Assembly (NCBI GenBank): GCA_035708865.1
Contig: DASTFF010000001.1
Location: 4,333-68,332, forward strand
Direction: 5' to 3'
DNA from: Gemmatimonadota bacterium
GTDB taxonomy: Bacteria; Gemmatimonadota; Gemmatimonadetes; JACCXV01; JAHWKZ01
Length of the DNA: 64,000 bases
Shown: piece by piece, positions 29,409 through 41,289 of the stretch
Layout of the letters: every line of letters begins with the position of its first letter
How positions within the stretch are numbered: the first letter of the stretch is position 1
Made by a program: the position numbers and the translations under genes
Notes under the pieces: model-generated
What the model was told of the DNA's origin: nothing
The model's database searches: none
The model's input: the letters and a program-made list of their open reading frames with translations, nothing else

Positions 29409-31934
29409 TCAGTTGGTCGCGTCGGCAGTCTCCTCGGGGGCCGGCTCAGGCTCGGGCTCGGGGGTGGCCGGCGCTCTCCCGCCCGCTGGAGGCTCGGAGA
29501 GCGCGGCCCTGAGGACGTCCCCGATCGTCTCGGCGAACACGAACTCGAGCCCCTCTACGAGCTCGGGCTCGACCTCGGCGACGTGCTCCCGGTTTCGCGC
29601 CGGCAGGATGACGGTCCGGATCTCCGACCGCCGGGCCGCCACCAGCTTCTCCTTGATCCCGCCCACCGGCAGGACCTGACCGGTGAGCGTGATCTCTCCG
29701 GTCATCGCCACCTCGGGACGGATGGGGCGTCCGGTCAGCGCGCTCGCCAGCGCGGCCGCCATGGTGACGCCGGCCGAGGGGCCGTCCTTGGGCGTTGCGC
29801 CGGCCGGCACGTGGAGGTGGATGTCGAACTTGTCGAAAAAGTCGGCCGGGATGCCGAGCTCGGTCGCGTGGCTGCGGATGTAGCCCAGCGCGGCGCGCGC
29901 GGACTCCTGCATGACCGCACCCAGCTGGCCGGTCAGCACGAACCCCTTGCTGCCGGGCATCGTGGTCGCCTCCACGAACAGGATCTCACCCCCGGCGGGC
30001 GTCCAGGCGAGCGCGGTCGCCACTCCCGGCTGAGCCGTGCGCCGGGCGACCTCGTGGTAGGCCTTCTGCGCCCCCAGGTACTCCGGCACGTCGTCGTGAT
30101 CGACGACGAACGGCCCCTCCTCCCCGCTGGCCACCTTGGCCGCCACCTTGCGCGCGATCTTGGCGATCTCCCGCTCCAGGTTCCGGACCCCCGCCTCCCG
30201 CGTGTAACCGTTGATGATGCGCTCGATGGCGGCGTCTGTGATATCGAGCGTCCCGGGCTCCAGCCCGTTCTCGCTGAGCTGCTTCGGGATCAGGTGGTCA
30301 CGCGCGATGTGGAGCTTCTCCGGGTCCGTGTAGCCGGGCAGCCGGATCGTCTCCATTCGGTCGAGTAGCGCCGGCTGGATCGTCTCCAGCACGTTCGCGG
30401 TGGCAATGAACAGAACGCTCGAGAGGTCCAGCGGCAGATCCAGATAGTGGTCGCGGAAGCTGTCGTTCTGCTCCGGGTCTAGCACCTCGAGCAGCGCGCT
30501 CGACGGGTCCCCCCGGAAGTCGGCGCCGACCTTGTCGATCTCGTCGAGCATGAAGACCGGGTTGTTGACCCCGACCCTCTTCAGCGACTGGACGATCCTT
30601 CCGGGCATGGCGCCGATGTAGGTCCTGCGGTGGCCGCGAATCTCCGCCTCGTCGCGCAGGCCTCCCAGCGACATGCGCACGAACTCGCGTCCGAGCGCCC
30701 GCGCGATCGACTTCCCCAGCGATGTCTTCCCGACCCCGGGCGGTCCCACGAAGCACAGGATCGGTCCCTTCAAGTCTTGCTTTAGCTTGAGTACCGCAAA
30801 ATATTCCAGGATACGGTCTTTGATCTCCTTGAGATCGTAATGATCCGTGTCCAGGACCGTCCGCGCGTGGCCAAGATCCAGGCGATCCTCCGTGGATCGG
30901 GTCCAGGGCACCGTGCAGAGCCAGTCCACGTAATTGACGATCACCGAGTACTCGGGGCTGGCGGGCGGCACGCTGGTCAGCCGCTCCAGCTGCTCCTCGG
31001 CCGCTTCCATCACGTAGTCGGGGACCTCGGACTCGACCAGGCATTTTCTCAGCCGCTCCGCCTCCGCGCCCTCGTCGGGTCCCTCGCCAAGCTCCTCCTG
31101 GATCGCCTTGAGCTGCTCGCGCAGGTAGTACTCGCGTTGCTTCTTCTGGATCTCCTCGTCGACCTGGCTGCGGATCTCCCCGCCGATCCGGATCACGTTC
31201 AGCTCGCGCCGGAGCCCTTCGACCACCAGCTCCAGACGCTCCTCGGGGTCGCCGCTCGCCAGGACGCGCTGCCGCTTCTCGTCGTCGAGGTGGATCATCG
31301 ACGCGACCATATACACGAACTGGTTCGCCTGATCGAGCCGGCGTACCGCGGTCTGGAGCTCGTCGGGAAGAAAGCTCGACTCGCGGATCACCTGGCTGGC
31401 CAGCTCCTGTCCCTCGCGGAGCAGCGCCTCCCCACGCTCGGTGAGCTGGTCGGTGGGCTCGGAAAGGACGAGGATGCGGGCTTCGATATGCGATTCGGTG
31501 GAGGTCACCGATACCAGGCTGCAACGGGCGATCCCCTGCAACAGGATCCGCACCGCCTGGGGAGACCTCACCATGCGGTGGATGATCGCCACCGTCCCGA
31601 TGTCGTGGAGGTCCTCGCGGGCGGGAACACGCCCCTCCTCGACGGCGTCGCGGAGCGCCACCACCGCCACCATCCTCTGCCCGCGCATGGCGGCGTCGAC
31701 GGCCGAGATCAGCGCCGGCTCGGCGACCGCCAGAGGAATCACCGTGTACGGGTAGAGGGCGCCGTCCCGCAGCGTGAGGACCGGCAGCCGGTCGGGAATC
31801 GAGGACAGGTCGACGGTGATCTCGCCCGGGCCCGGCGACTCGACGGTCCCCGAGGCATCCGGCGAAGCTTCTTCCGGGCTCGTCCCGGCGCCGGCCTGTT
31901 CGTTCTCGTTCGCCTTTCGCTCTTCGTCAGCCAC
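29409..31934 (-). CDS. lon: ATP-dependent protease Lon
   Basis: Lon N-domain, AAA+ (GPPGVGKTS) and a proteolytic domain with catalytic PKDGPSAG. GTG start (MADEERKANEN..) has a GAGG box and lies 2 nt after the pgsA stop. Confidence 0.9.
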   Translation of the reverse strand: MADEERKANENEQAGAGTSPEEASPDASGTVESPGPGEITVDLSSIPDRLPVLTLRDGALYPYTVIPLAVAEPALISAVDAAMRGQRMVAVVALRDAVEEGRVPAREDLHDIGTVAIIHRMVRSPQAVRILLQGIARCSLVSVTSTESHIEARILVLSEPTDQLTERGEALLREGQELASQVIRESSFLPDELQTAVRRLDQANQFVYMVASMIHLDDEKRQRVLASGDPEERLELVVEGLRRELNVIRIGGEIRSQVDEEIQKKQREYYLREQLKAIQEELGEGPDEGAEAERLRKCLVESEVPDYVMEAAEEQLERLTSVPPASPEYSVIVNYVDWLCTVPWTRSTEDRLDLGHARTVLDTDHYDLKEIKDRILEYFAVLKLKQDLKGPILCFVGPPGVGKTSLGKSIARALGREFVRMSLGGLRDEAEIRGHRRTYIGAMPGRIVQSLKRVGVNNPVFMLDEIDKVGADFRGDPSSALLEVLDPEQNDSFRDHYLDLPLDLSSVLFIATANVLETIQPALLDRMETIRLPGYTDPEKLHIARDHLIPKQLSENGLEPGTLDITDAAIERIINGYTREAGVRNLEREIAKIARKVAAKVASGEEGPFVVDHDDVPEYLGAQKAYHEVARRTAQPGVATALAWTPAGGEILFVEATTMPGSKGFVLTGQLGAVMQESARAALGYIRSHATELGIPADFFDKFDIHLHVPAGATPKDGPSAGVTMAAALASALTGRPIRPEVAMTGEITLTGQVLPVGGIKEKLVAARRSEIRTVILPARNREHVAEVEPELVEGLEFVFAETIGDVLRAALSEPPAGGRAPATPEPEPEPAPEETADATN

Positions 31935-32586
31935 CTTGTTCCTCTCTGCCTGGCCTCGCGGCGGGCTCCGACGCGTCAGAGTCTGCCACCTGTCCACCAT
32001 GACCGCCACCGGATACCCCACGCGCGGGCCTGTAGCTCCACGCCCGCCGGCCGTAGGAGATGTACGAGAGCACGAGCGCCACGACCGCGATCACGGTAAG
32101 CGGCAGATAGAGCGCTTCCGAGCGCAGGACGTAGGCCAGGATCAGGAGACCCAGGCAGAAGGTGGTGAGCTTGCCGCTCCAGTTGGCCCCGAAGACCACC
32201 CGGTCGCGGCGGAAGAAGAGGACCGCGCCCAGCACCAGCGCCAGGTCGCGCGCCAGGATCGCGGCCACCAGCCACCACGGGAAGCCCCGGGCGAGCGCCA
32301 GATAGATCACCAGGCCCCCGATCAGCACCTTGTCGGCGATCGGGTCGAACAGCTTGCCGGACGGAGAGATCGAGCCACGGCGGCGGGCGAGGAGACCGTC
32401 CAGCAGGTCGGTGGCCCCGGCGAAGAGCAGCACCAGGATCGCGATCCGGTCGCCGGTCGTCTCCGACCGCGAGAGCAGGAGCAGGACCGGGACGACGAGG
32501 AGGAGCCGGATCAGCGACAGCAGGTTGGGCAGGGTCGCCAGCCTGAGGTCGTGGACGCGCTCCGGGGACCGTGCGGAATCCGTCAC
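31927..32586 (-). CDS. pgsA: CDP-alcohol phosphatidyltransferase (PgsA-like)
   Basis: D-G-x2-A-R...G...D motif region (DLLDGLLARRRG..GKLFDPIADK). GTG start overlaps the recN TGA (GTGA). Confidence 0.8.
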   Translation of the reverse strand: MTDSARSPERVHDLRLATLPNLLSLIRLLLVVPVLLLLSRSETTGDRIAILVLLFAGATDLLDGLLARRRGSISPSGKLFDPIADKVLIGGLVIYLALARGFPWWLVAAILARDLALVLGAVLFFRRDRVVFGANWSGKLTTFCLGLLILAYVLRSEALYLPLTVIAVVALVLSYISYGRRAWSYRPARGVSGGGHGGQVADSDASEPAARPGREEQGG

Positions 32587-34235
32587 CGTATCCCTCCCAG
32601 CATCTCCTCGGCGTGATGGCGCGAGACGTCGCGGTCGGGATCTCCGCCCAGCAGCCGGCTGACCTCGCGCACGCGCTCCTCCCCGTCCACCGCCCGGACC
32701 TCGGTTACCGAGCGCCCGGCGCGGGTGGCCTTGGCGGCCACCAGATGGCGGTCGGCCCCGGCCGCGATGGCGGCCAGGTGGGTGACCACGATCACTTGGT
32801 GATGTCGCGCCACCTCGGCCAGCTGGCGGGCCACCAGATGCGCGGTCGCCCCGCCGATCCCGGCGTCCACCTCGTCGAAGACGAGCGTCGGCGTCCGGTC
32901 AGCCTCGGCCAACGCCGCCTCGAGCGCCAGAAGCGTCCGCGAGAGCTCGCCGCCGGACGCGATCTCGGCCAGCGGCCGAAGGGGCTCGCCTCGATTGGGG
33001 GCGATGAGAAAGACCACCCGTTCCAGGCCCCCGCGTGACCAAGCCAGGCGCTCGCCGTCGTACACGATCCCGGCCGGGTCCGGCGTGCGCTCCAGCCGCG
33101 CCTGGAACGCGCCGTCCCCCATCCCGAGGTCGGCCAGCCGGCTGCGGACCGCCGCCTCGAGACGGTCGGCGCCCGCCTCGCGGGCACCGGCCAGCGCCAC
33201 GGCCGCCGCCTCCAGCGCCGCGCGGGCGCTCTCGATCTCGCCGTCCAGCGAGCGGTCGCGGGCCCCCTCCCGCTCGAGCTCCGCGATCTCGGCGGCCATC
33301 GCCCCGGCGTGATCGAGGATCTCCTCGACCGTCCGGCCGTGCTTCTGCCGGAGCCGGAAGAGGAGGTCCCGCCGGGCCTCGATCACGGCCAGCCGCTCCG
33401 GATCCTGGTCGACCGAGCCGGCATAGCGCTCGGTCTCGCGCGTCAGATCGTCGATCTCGTAGCGGAGGTCGCTCGCCCGCCGCGCCACCTCCGACATCTC
33501 CGGGTCGAGCTCGGCCAGCCGCTCGAGCGCCCGGCCGAGCGCTCTCAGGACCTCGCCGACCGGCCGCTCGCCCCCCTCGAGGGCGGCGTGCGCCTCGGCC
33601 GCCAGGCGGGCCCGCTCGGCGCCGTGACCCAGGAGCCGGGCGGTGGCCGCCAGCGCCTCCTCCTCTCCCGGCTCGAGCCGGGCGGCCTCGATCTCCTCGA
33701 CCTGGGCGCGCAGGTACTCCAGGCGGCTCTCCCGCTCGCCGCGGCGCGCGGCGATCGCCGCCTGCTCGCGCCGCAGCGCCTCGAGGGCCCCGGCGGACGC
33801 GGCCACCTCCCCGGCCAACCCCGCGGCCCCGGCGAAGGCGTCCAGGATCTCGCGCTGCGCCCCCCGTTCGAGAAGCCGCTGGTCGTCGTGCTGACCGTGG
33901 ATCGCGACCCGTCCTCCGACCCGCTCGCGGAGCGATCGCGCGGTCGCCATCGCCCCGTCCAGGTAGCAGCGGTTGGTCCGGTCGCGCCAGACCTCGCGGC
34001 GCACCACCCACTCCTCGCCGTCGGCGTCGAGGAACAGTCCTTCCACGGCAGCGTGGCCGGCGCCCTCGCGGACCACCGACGCCGACGCCCGGCCGCCGAT
34101 CAGCAGCCCGATCGACTCGACGATCACCGACTTGCCGGCCCCGGTCTCGCCGGTCAGCACGTTGAGCCCGGGGCCGAAGTCGATCTCCAGGTCCTCGACG
34201 AGCGCCAGGTCGGCGATCCTGAGGCGGCTCAGCAC
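32583..34235 (-). CDS. recN: DNA repair protein RecN
   Basis: Walker A GETGAGKS, long coiled coil, and a C-terminal signature/Walker B region. Confidence 0.9.
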   Translation of the reverse strand: MLSRLRIADLALVEDLEIDFGPGLNVLTGETGAGKSVIVESIGLLIGGRASASVVREGAGHAAVEGLFLDADGEEWVVRREVWRDRTNRCYLDGAMATARSLRERVGGRVAIHGQHDDQRLLERGAQREILDAFAGAAGLAGEVAASAGALEALRREQAAIAARRGERESRLEYLRAQVEEIEAARLEPGEEEALAATARLLGHGAERARLAAEAHAALEGGERPVGEVLRALGRALERLAELDPEMSEVARRASDLRYEIDDLTRETERYAGSVDQDPERLAVIEARRDLLFRLRQKHGRTVEEILDHAGAMAAEIAELEREGARDRSLDGEIESARAALEAAAVALAGAREAGADRLEAAVRSRLADLGMGDGAFQARLERTPDPAGIVYDGERLAWSRGGLERVVFLIAPNRGEPLRPLAEIASGGELSRTLLALEAALAEADRTPTLVFDEVDAGIGGATAHLVARQLAEVARHHQVIVVTHLAAIAAGADRHLVAAKATRAGRSVTEVRAVDGEERVREVSRLLGGDPDRDVSRHHAEEMLGGIR

Positions 34236-34236
34236 G

Positions 34237-35103
34237 TCACGACCCCCAGTCCGCGCGACCGCCCCACATGAGCTTCTCGCGCAGTCGGTCGTAGTAGCCG
34301 CCGGTGTCGACGCCGGCCAGCGTCACCTCGTGGTCCCCGCGCGAGACCCGGACCACGTCGCCGACGGCGATCGGCTCGTCGACCTGGCCGTCCATCACCA
34401 GGTGGACGTCCTCGGTGGCCTTCTCGAGACGGACCTCGATGCGCCGCTCACCGGCCACCACGATCGGCCGCACGGCGAGCGTATGGGCGCAGATCGGCGT
34501 CACCACCAGGACGTCGGTGTCGGGCGAGACCAGCGGGCCGCCTGCCGACAGGTTGTAGCCGGTCGATCCGGTGGGGGTCGAAAGGATCAGGCCGTCGGCC
34601 AGGTAGGGTCCGAGCGCGCTGCCCGACACCTTGAGATCGAGCCGCAGGGTGCGCTGCCCGCCGCCCTTGTGGACCACCGCGTCGTTGAGGGCGTGGTGAC
34701 GTGCGCGGACCTTTCCGTCGCGTACGATCTCGGCGGCAAGCGTCGACCGCCGCGCCTGCGGGGCGCGCCCGTCGAGGGCGTCCTCCAGCCGCGGCCACAG
34801 CCCGTCCACGGAGGTCGAGGTGAGAAAGCCGAGCCCGCCGAGGTTGACGCCGAAGACCGGCACGGCTCGCCCGTTCAGCCGGCGGACGGCGGAGAGGAGC
34901 GTCCCGTCGCCGCCCAGCGTGACCACCAGCGAGGCGTCCGGGCGGTCCCAGTTCAGGACCGGCGCGTCCACCCCCAGCCGTTCGAGAGCGACGGCGTCCA
35001 CCACGGCTTCCCACCCACGGTGGGCCAGACCCTGGAGGACCTCCTTCAGCACCGGCCCGACGTTGGGCCGGTCGGGATTGGCTACGAGGGCCGCGCGAGG
35101 CAT
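34237..35103 (-). CDS. nadK: NAD kinase
   Basis: GGDGT motif (VTLGGDGTLL) and NE/D short motif. ATG at 35101-35103; the upstream part of the track ORF is rejected. Confidence 0.85.
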   Translation of the reverse strand: MPRAALVANPDRPNVGPVLKEVLQGLAHRGWEAVVDAVALERLGVDAPVLNWDRPDASLVVTLGGDGTLLSAVRRLNGRAVPVFGVNLGGLGFLTSTSVDGLWPRLEDALDGRAPQARRSTLAAEIVRDGKVRARHHALNDAVVHKGGGQRTLRLDLKVSGSALGPYLADGLILSTPTGSTGYNLSAGGPLVSPDTDVLVVTPICAHTLAVRPIVVAGERRIEVRLEKATEDVHLVMDGQVDEPIAVGDVVRVSRGDHEVTLAGVDTGGYYDRLREKLMWGGRADWGS

Positions 35104-35167
35104 CCGCGCAGGGCTAGCGGCGGGACGGCGCGGCGCGCGGAAACGCGCGGATTCCCGCCATCGACCA

Positions 35168-37060
35168 CTACCGGCCGACCCGCTCCTCCGCGAGCGCCAG
35201 CGCCGACGCGCGGATCGAGGCGGGATCGAGGCCGCACTGCTCGAGCTGGATTTTGCGGGGGGCGTGGTCGATGATCCGGTCGGGCATGCCCAGCGAGCGC
35301 AGCTCCGGGCGCAGGCCACGCTCGGCGAGCAGTCGCGCCACGTTGGCTCCGAAGCCGCTCCAGACCGCGCTCTCCTCAACGGTCAGGATGCGGTCGAAGC
35401 GGGCACCGAGCTCGGCCAGCAGGTTCTCGTCCATCGGCTTCAGGTAGCGGCAGTTCACCACGTGCGCCTCTACGCCGTCGGCCTCCAGCGCTGCGGCCGC
35501 CTCGAGCGCCGGGCGGACCATCGTTCCCACGGCCAGCACGCAGAGGTCGCTGCCCTCCCGCAGCGTCTCCCAGCGCCCGATCGGCAGGAGCGCGAAATCG
35601 CGCCGATCGAGATCCACGCCTTCGGCGATCGACGCCCGCGGATAGCGGATCGCGAACGGGTGCTCGCGCTGGGACACGGCGGTGTAGAGCAGGTCCTGGA
35701 GCTCGTGCTCGTCCTTGGGCGCGGTCAGGATCATGTTCGGCACCACCGACAGGTATCCGACGTCGTAGGCGCCCATGTGGGTGGGTCCGTCCTCACCGAC
35801 CAGGCCCGCCCGGTCGAGCACGAACACGACCGGCAGGTCCTGGATGCAGACGTCGTGGACGATCTGGTCGTACGCGCGCTGCAGGAAAGTCGAGTAGATC
35901 GCGCAGACGGGGATCCATCCTTCGCGAGCCAGCCCGGCCGCGAAGGTGACCGCGTGCTGCTCGGCGATCCCGACGTCGAAGCCGCGCTCCGGAAACGCCT
36001 CGAGAAACGCCTGGACCCCGGCTCCGTCCGGCATGGCCGCGGTGATCGCGCAGACGCGCGGGTTCCTGCGTCCGACCTCGACGAGCGCGTTGGAGAAGAC
36101 CTTCGTCCACTTGGAGCGCGAGGGGGGACCCTCGACCTTGCCCGACTCCAGGTTGATCGCCCCGACGCCGTGGTACTTCCACTGATCGGCCTCGGCGAAC
36201 GGATAGCCCTTGCCCTTGACGGTCAGGATGTGCAGCAGTCGCGGGCCCCTGAGATCCTTGATCCGCTCCAGCGTGTCGAGGAGCTCGTCCAGGTCATGCC
36301 CGTCGATGGGGCCGAAGTAGCGGAAGCCGAGCTCCTCGAACAGGACACCGGGAGTCACCAGCCCCTTGACGCTCTCCTCCACCCGATGGGCGAAGCTTCG
36401 GACCTCGTCGGCGACGATCGGGATCTTTCCCGTCACCTGCCATATCTCGTCACGGATCCGGTTGTAGAGCGGGTTCGTCTGGATGCCGGTCAGGTAATTG
36501 TGCATGGCCCCCAGGTTGGGGGCGATCGACATCTTGTTGTCGTTGAGGATGACCAGCAGGTCGGTCTCGGTGGCACCCGCGTTGTTGAGCGCTTCGTAGG
36601 CGAGCCCGGCGGTCATGGCGCCGTCGCCGGTGACCGAGACGACCTCGAACGAGTCGCCCGCCAGGTCGCGCGCGGTGGCGATCCCCAGCGCGGCCGAGAT
36701 CGAGGTCGATGCGTGGCCCGCCCCGAAGATGTCGTGCTCGCTCTCCACGATCCGGCAGAACCCCGACGGCCCGTCGGCCTGACGCAGGCGCCCCATGGCC
36801 TCGTTGCGGCCGGTCAGGATCTTGTGGGGGTAGCACTGATGTCCGACGTCCCAGACGATCTTGTCCCGCGGGCTGTCGAAGACGTGGTGCAGGGCCACCG
36901 TGAGCTCCACGACCCCCAGGGGAGCGCCGAGGTGTCCGCCCCGGACCGACACCACGTCGAGCACCCGGTGCCGGACCTCGCCGGCGAGCTGGTGGAGCGC
37001 CTCGCGGGAGAGACCCTTGAGATCCTCGGGGCTGCGGATACGGTCGAGAATGCGACCCAT
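35168..37060 (-). CDS. dxs: 1-deoxy-D-xylulose-5-phosphate synthase
   Basis: TPP-binding GHxS..GDG motifs. Canonical Dxs N-terminus [14 protein letters not shown]. Confidence 0.9.
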   Translation of the reverse strand: MGRILDRIRSPEDLKGLSREALHQLAGEVRHRVLDVVSVRGGHLGAPLGVVELTVALHHVFDSPRDKIVWDVGHQCYPHKILTGRNEAMGRLRQADGPSGFCRIVESEHDIFGAGHASTSISAALGIATARDLAGDSFEVVSVTGDGAMTAGLAYEALNNAGATETDLLVILNDNKMSIAPNLGAMHNYLTGIQTNPLYNRIRDEIWQVTGKIPIVADEVRSFAHRVEESVKGLVTPGVLFEELGFRYFGPIDGHDLDELLDTLERIKDLRGPRLLHILTVKGKGYPFAEADQWKYHGVGAINLESGKVEGPPSRSKWTKVFSNALVEVGRRNPRVCAITAAMPDGAGVQAFLEAFPERGFDVGIAEQHAVTFAAGLAREGWIPVCAIYSTFLQRAYDQIVHDVCIQDLPVVFVLDRAGLVGEDGPTHMGAYDVGYLSVVPNMILTAPKDEHELQDLLYTAVSQREHPFAIRYPRASIAEGVDLDRRDFALLPIGRWETLREGSDLCVLAVGTMVRPALEAAAALEADGVEAHVVNCRYLKPMDENLLAELGARFDRILTVEESAVWSGFGANVARLLAERGLRPELRSLGMPDRIIDHAPRKIQLEQCGLDPASIRASALALAEERVGR

Positions 37061-37072
37061 GGAGGGGCGAAA

Positions 37073-38698
37073 CTAACCGGGGCCTGGGTCGGGGCCAAGC
37101 GGACGCAACGACGCGGGCGGGGTCGCCGGGTCGGCCTCGCGGAGGAGCTCGAGAAAGGACTCGCCGTAGCGCTCGAGCTTGACCGGCCCGACGCCCGGGA
37201 CGGCCAGCAGGGCGTCCCGGTCGGCGGGGCGCTCGCGGGCCATGTCGCGGAGGGTGGCGTCACTGAAGACGACGTAGGCGGGGACGTCGCGCTGGTCGGC
37301 CAGCTCGCGGCGGAGGGCGCGCAGGCGCTGGAAGAGGTCCTCGTCGGCGTCGGTCCAGCCGGCCGCGTCGAGTGTCTCGCCCCCGCGATACGCGGGGATC
37401 GACGCGGGGCGCCGGCCGCGAGAGCCCGCCTGGATCCGCATCAACCTTTCGATATGGGCCTCTGCGGTGACGCCGAGACACACGTCGCAGGCGTCGCCGC
37501 ACGGCGGCATCTGCTCGCCGAAGTGAGAGACCACCGCCTGGTGGCGGCAGCTGTGGCGTTCGGCCATCCGGAAGAGCCCGGTCGTGGCCGCCCGCCTCGC
37601 CCGCCGCAGATCCGGATCCTCGATCGACTCGAGGAACCGCTCGTGCAGGATCACGTCGGCCCAGGAGTAGAACAGGACGCAGTCGCTCAGGAGCCCGTCG
37701 CGGCCGGCGCGACCGAACTCCTGATACCACGACTCGACGTCCTTGGGCATGTCGCGGTGGATCACGAACCGGACATCCGGCTTGTCGATCCCCATCCCGA
37801 ACGCGATCGTCGCCACGACCACCTCGGCATCGCCGCGGGCGAACGCCTCCTGGTGACGATGGCGGTCGCCGTCCTCCATCCCGGCGTGATAGGGAAGCGC
37901 CCGGATCCCCTTCCGGACCAGCCACGCGGCGGTGGAGTCGACCGCGCGCCGCGACTGGCAGTATACGATCCCGCTGACCTGGGGCGCCGCCCGGATCAGG
38001 CTCAGGATCTCGGTCCGCGTGTGGCCACCCGCGCCCTTCCTGCGGACCCACAGCCGCAGGTTCGGCCGGTAGAAGGACCCCTTGAAGCCGGCCGGTCTCC
38101 GGAGCCCGAGCTGGCGCAGGATGTCGCGCGCGACCTGGCGCGTGGCGGTCGCCGTGAGGGCCAGCACGGGCACGTCTCCCAGCTCATCCCTGAGCCCGGC
38201 CAGCCGCCGGTAGGAGGGCCTGAAGTCGTGACCCCACTGGCTGATGCAGTGGGCCTCGTCGACGACGAGGAGCGACACCGGCCAGCCACCGAGGAGACGC
38301 CGCAGCGAGCCCTCCAGCGCCTCGGGCGCCAGGTACACGAGCTCGTAGGCCCCGGCCGCGATCCCTTCCAACCGCCGCGACCGTTCGCCCGGGTCGAGCG
38401 TCGAGTTGATCGCGGTCGCGCGCAGGCCGAGCTCGGTCAGGGCGTCGACCTGGTCCTTCATGAGCGAGATGAGCGGCGAGACCACCAGGACCGTGCCCGG
38501 CAGGAGCTTCGCCGGGAGCTGAAAGGTCAGCGACTTGCCCGCTCCCGTCGGCATGACCGCGATGCAGTCCCGGCCGGCCAGCACCGCCTCCACGACCTCG
38601 CGCTGCCCGGGCCGGAATTGGTCGAAGCCGAACACCTCGCGCAGAACGCGGTAGCCGGCGCCGCTCCGGTCGGTCCCGGGCCCCCCTCGGCCGCTCAC
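37073..38698 (-). CDS. recQ: ATP-dependent DNA helicase RecQ
   Basis: DEAH-box helicase core ([14 protein letters not shown]), RQC zinc-binding region, and a C-terminal HRDC-like region. Confidence 0.85.
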   Translation of the reverse strand: MSGRGGPGTDRSGAGYRVLREVFGFDQFRPGQREVVEAVLAGRDCIAVMPTGAGKSLTFQLPAKLLPGTVLVVSPLISLMKDQVDALTELGLRATAINSTLDPGERSRRLEGIAAGAYELVYLAPEALEGSLRRLLGGWPVSLLVVDEAHCISQWGHDFRPSYRRLAGLRDELGDVPVLALTATATRQVARDILRQLGLRRPAGFKGSFYRPNLRLWVRRKGAGGHTRTEILSLIRAAPQVSGIVYCQSRRAVDSTAAWLVRKGIRALPYHAGMEDGDRHRHQEAFARGDAEVVVATIAFGMGIDKPDVRFVIHRDMPKDVESWYQEFGRAGRDGLLSDCVLFYSWADVILHERFLESIEDPDLRRARRAATTGLFRMAERHSCRHQAVVSHFGEQMPPCGDACDVCLGVTAEAHIERLMRIQAGSRGRRPASIPAYRGGETLDAAGWTDADEDLFQRLRALRRELADQRDVPAYVVFSDATLRDMARERPADRDALLAVPGVGPVKLERYGESFLELLREADPATPPASLRPLGPDPGPG

Positions 38699-39588
38699 TC
38701 CAGCCGCTCGAGGACGTAGTGGACGAAGGCCTCGAGCAAGGTGGGGTCATCCAGGCCGGCCAGGCTCGCACGCGCCTCACCGGCGACCCGCTCGGCGAGC
38801 CGGCGGGCGGCCTCGATCCCGTAGACGGCGGGATAGGTGGCCTTGGCGAGACGCCGGTCGGCGCCGACGGCCTTCCCCAGCCGGGCCGCGTCGCCGGTCT
38901 CGTCCAGCAGGTCATCGACGATCTGGAAGGCCAGCCCGAGGTAGGTCCCGTACGCGGCGAGCGCCTCGACGTGGTCCGGCTCCCCCCCGCCGGCGATCGC
39001 GCCGAGCGCGCAGGCGGTCGAGAAGAGAGCGGCGGTCTTGGAGCGGTGGATCGCCTCGAGCCCGGCGCCGTCCACCGGCTTCCCCTCCGCCTCGAGGTCC
39101 AGATACTGCCCTCCGACCATCCCGTCCACACCGGCGCCGATGGCGAGCCGGCGAAGCATGGCCGGCAGGCGCGGCTGCAGGTCCTCCGCGGCGGCCGCGC
39201 GGGCGAGGGTCAGGAAGGCCTGCTGCTGGAGGGCGGCGCCGGCGGCGGTCGCGACCGGAACCCCGTACACGCGATGCGCGGTCGGGAGGCCGCGCCGCAG
39301 AAGGTCGTCGTCCATGGCCGGCAGGTCGTCGTGGAGGAGCGAGTAGGTGTGGACGAGCTCGACCGCCGCCGCCATCGAGTGGAGAGCCGACAGCCCGTCC
39401 GGCGGATCCCCGCCCACCGCGCGGTGGCAGGCCAGCGTGAGGAGGGGGCGGATCCGCTTGCCCCCGGCGCGCACGCTGTAGGCGGCGGCCGCACCGACCG
39501 GCGGGGCGAGCCCCGACAGCGAGAGCTCGAGCGCGGCTTCGATCCGCGGCCGCTCGAGCTCGCCAAACGCCTGGAGCTCCGCGATCAC
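38695..39588 (-). CDS. ispA: Polyprenyl (farnesyl/geranyl) diphosphate synthase IspA-like
   Basis: DDxxD motifs ([17 protein letters not shown] and the second DD motif). ATGA overlap with recQ. Confidence 0.85.
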   Translation of the reverse strand: MIAELQAFGELERPRIEAALELSLSGLAPPVGAAAAYSVRAGGKRIRPLLTLACHRAVGGDPPDGLSALHSMAAAVELVHTYSLLHDDLPAMDDDLLRRGLPTAHRVYGVPVATAAGAALQQQAFLTLARAAAAEDLQPRLPAMLRRLAIGAGVDGMVGGQYLDLEAEGKPVDGAGLEAIHRSKTAALFSTACALGAIAGGGEPDHVEALAAYGTYLGLAFQIVDDLLDETGDAARLGKAVGADRRLAKATYPAVYGIEAARRLAERVAGEARASLAGLDDPTLLEAFVHYVLERLE

Positions 39589-39619
39589 GCCGCGCGCGCC
39601 GACGGGCCCCGCCGCCGCC

Positions 39620-39913
39620 TCACTCGAGATCGAAGTCCTCGAGGCTGAACAGTCCCTCGGAACGCTCGACGATCCGCTTGATCCTTCCCTCCGAGACCTC
39701 GAGGCGTCTCCGCACCGCGACCGCCAGCTCGACGCCTTCCTCGAACAGGGCGATCGACTCGTCCAGCGAGACCGCCTCGCTCTCCAGCTTCTGGACGATG
39801 GCCTCGAGCCGGCGGAGCTGCTCCTCGACCGGCGTCGCGGCGGCGTCCGGAGCGGCCGGGACCCGGCTGCCCGGCTCGTCGCCTTCGGGCACGTCGATCG
39901 GAATCTGGGTCAT
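39620..39913 (-). CDS. xseB: Exodeoxyribonuclease VII small subunit
   Basis: 97-aa helical protein (EEQLRRLEAIVQKLESEAVSLDESIALFEEGVEL). ATG overlaps the xseA TGA. The upstream part of the track ORF is rejected. Confidence 0.8.
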   Translation of the reverse strand: MTQIPIDVPEGDEPGSRVPAAPDAAATPVEEQLRRLEAIVQKLESEAVSLDESIALFEEGVELAVAVRRRLEVSEGRIKRIVERSEGLFSLEDFDLE

Positions 39914-41289
39914 CGCTCCTCCTCGTCTTCGATACGGGTGACCCGCGCCGCCACGCTCCCGCGTGCGAAGCGGATCGCGAGATCGTCGTCCTCCGCCAGC
40001 GCCCCGGCCCGCTGGACGACATGCCCCCTGACGTCGGTGACCACCGCATAGCCCCGCTCGAGGATCGAGTACGGGCTGGCGGCCCGAAGCCGCTCTTCGA
40101 GGTGGCGGGCGCGGACGTGGACGCGCTCGTGCCTTCGGGAGAGGCCGCGGCCGAGCTCGGGGGCCCGGCCGAGCGTGCGCTCGGCGCCGGCCAGCCGGCC
40201 CGCCACCGGCGCCGACAATCCGGCCGCCGCCTCCTCCATCCGGGCGCGCTCTGCCGCCATCCGCCGGCGGACCACCGGGCCCATGTCCCCGGCGGCTTCG
40301 GCCCATCGCTGGCGCGCCTCGTGGGCGCGATCCCGGACCCGCCGGAACCCGTAGCGGCGGATCGGGGCCAGCGCCTCCTCGAGCCGCCGCAGGCGCTGCC
40401 GCTCGACCGCCCGCGCCAGACGCCGGAACTGGTGGACCACCCCGCGCGCGATCTCCCGGGTCTCAGGGACCACGTGCTCCCCGGCGGCCGAAGGGGTCGG
40501 CGCGCGCAGGTCGGCGGCGTAATCGGCGAGCGTGGTGTCGGTCTCGTGGCCGACCGCGCTCACCACCGGCACCGGGGAGTCGGCGATCGCCCGGACGACG
40601 ATCTCCTCGTTGAAGGCCCACAGATCCTCGAGCGAGCCGCCGCCTCGGCCGACGATCACCACCTCGGCCACACGGTGGCGGGCGAACCAGCGCACCGCGC
40701 GCGCGATCTCGGGCGCCGCCTCGCGTCCCTGGACGGCCACCGGCTTGAGCAGGATGCGGGTCGCCGGCGCGCGGCGCAGGACCACCGACACCATGTCGCG
40801 CAGGGCAGCCCCCTCGGCCGAGGTGACCACGCCGATCGAGACGGGCCAGAACGGCAGGCTCCGCTTCCGCGCCGGGTCGAACAGCCCCTCTTCGCCGAGC
40901 CTCCGCTTGAGCGCCTCGAACTGCAGATACAGGGCCCCCAGACCGCGCGGAACCACCTGGGTCACCTCGAGCTGGAACTGGCCCCGCGCCCGATAGATGG
41001 TCGGCCGCGCGACCACGACCACGTGCATCCCCTCCTCGAGCGGAAAGGCGAGCCGCTCGTTGTCGAGCCGGAACATCACGCAGCGCACCTCGCTGGCGCG
41101 GTCCTTGAGCGTCCAGTACATGTGGCCCGACGGGCGGTGATGATGAAAGGACGACACCTCGCCCTCCACGCCGACCGTCCCGAACTCGGCCACCAGCGCG
41201 CTGGAGGCGCGGAAGACGAGCTCGCTCACCGACATCACCACCGGCGTCTCGGCAGGAGCCGGGTGTCCGAGGCCGGCCGCGCGGTTCAT
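39910..41289 (-). CDS. xseA: Exodeoxyribonuclease VII large subunit
   Basis: OB-fold N-domain and XseA catalytic core; ATGA overlap with folD. Confidence 0.85.
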   Translation of the reverse strand: MNRAAGLGHPAPAETPVVMSVSELVFRASSALVAEFGTVGVEGEVSSFHHHRPSGHMYWTLKDRASEVRCVMFRLDNERLAFPLEEGMHVVVVARPTIYRARGQFQLEVTQVVPRGLGALYLQFEALKRRLGEEGLFDPARKRSLPFWPVSIGVVTSAEGAALRDMVSVVLRRAPATRILLKPVAVQGREAAPEIARAVRWFARHRVAEVVIVGRGGGSLEDLWAFNEEIVVRAIADSPVPVVSAVGHETDTTLADYAADLRAPTPSAAGEHVVPETREIARGVVHQFRRLARAVERQRLRRLEEALAPIRRYGFRRVRDRAHEARQRWAEAAGDMGPVVRRRMAAERARMEEAAAGLSAPVAGRLAGAERTLGRAPELGRGLSRRHERVHVRARHLEERLRAASPYSILERGYAVVTDVRGHVVQRAGALAEDDDLAIRFARGSVAARVTRIEDEEER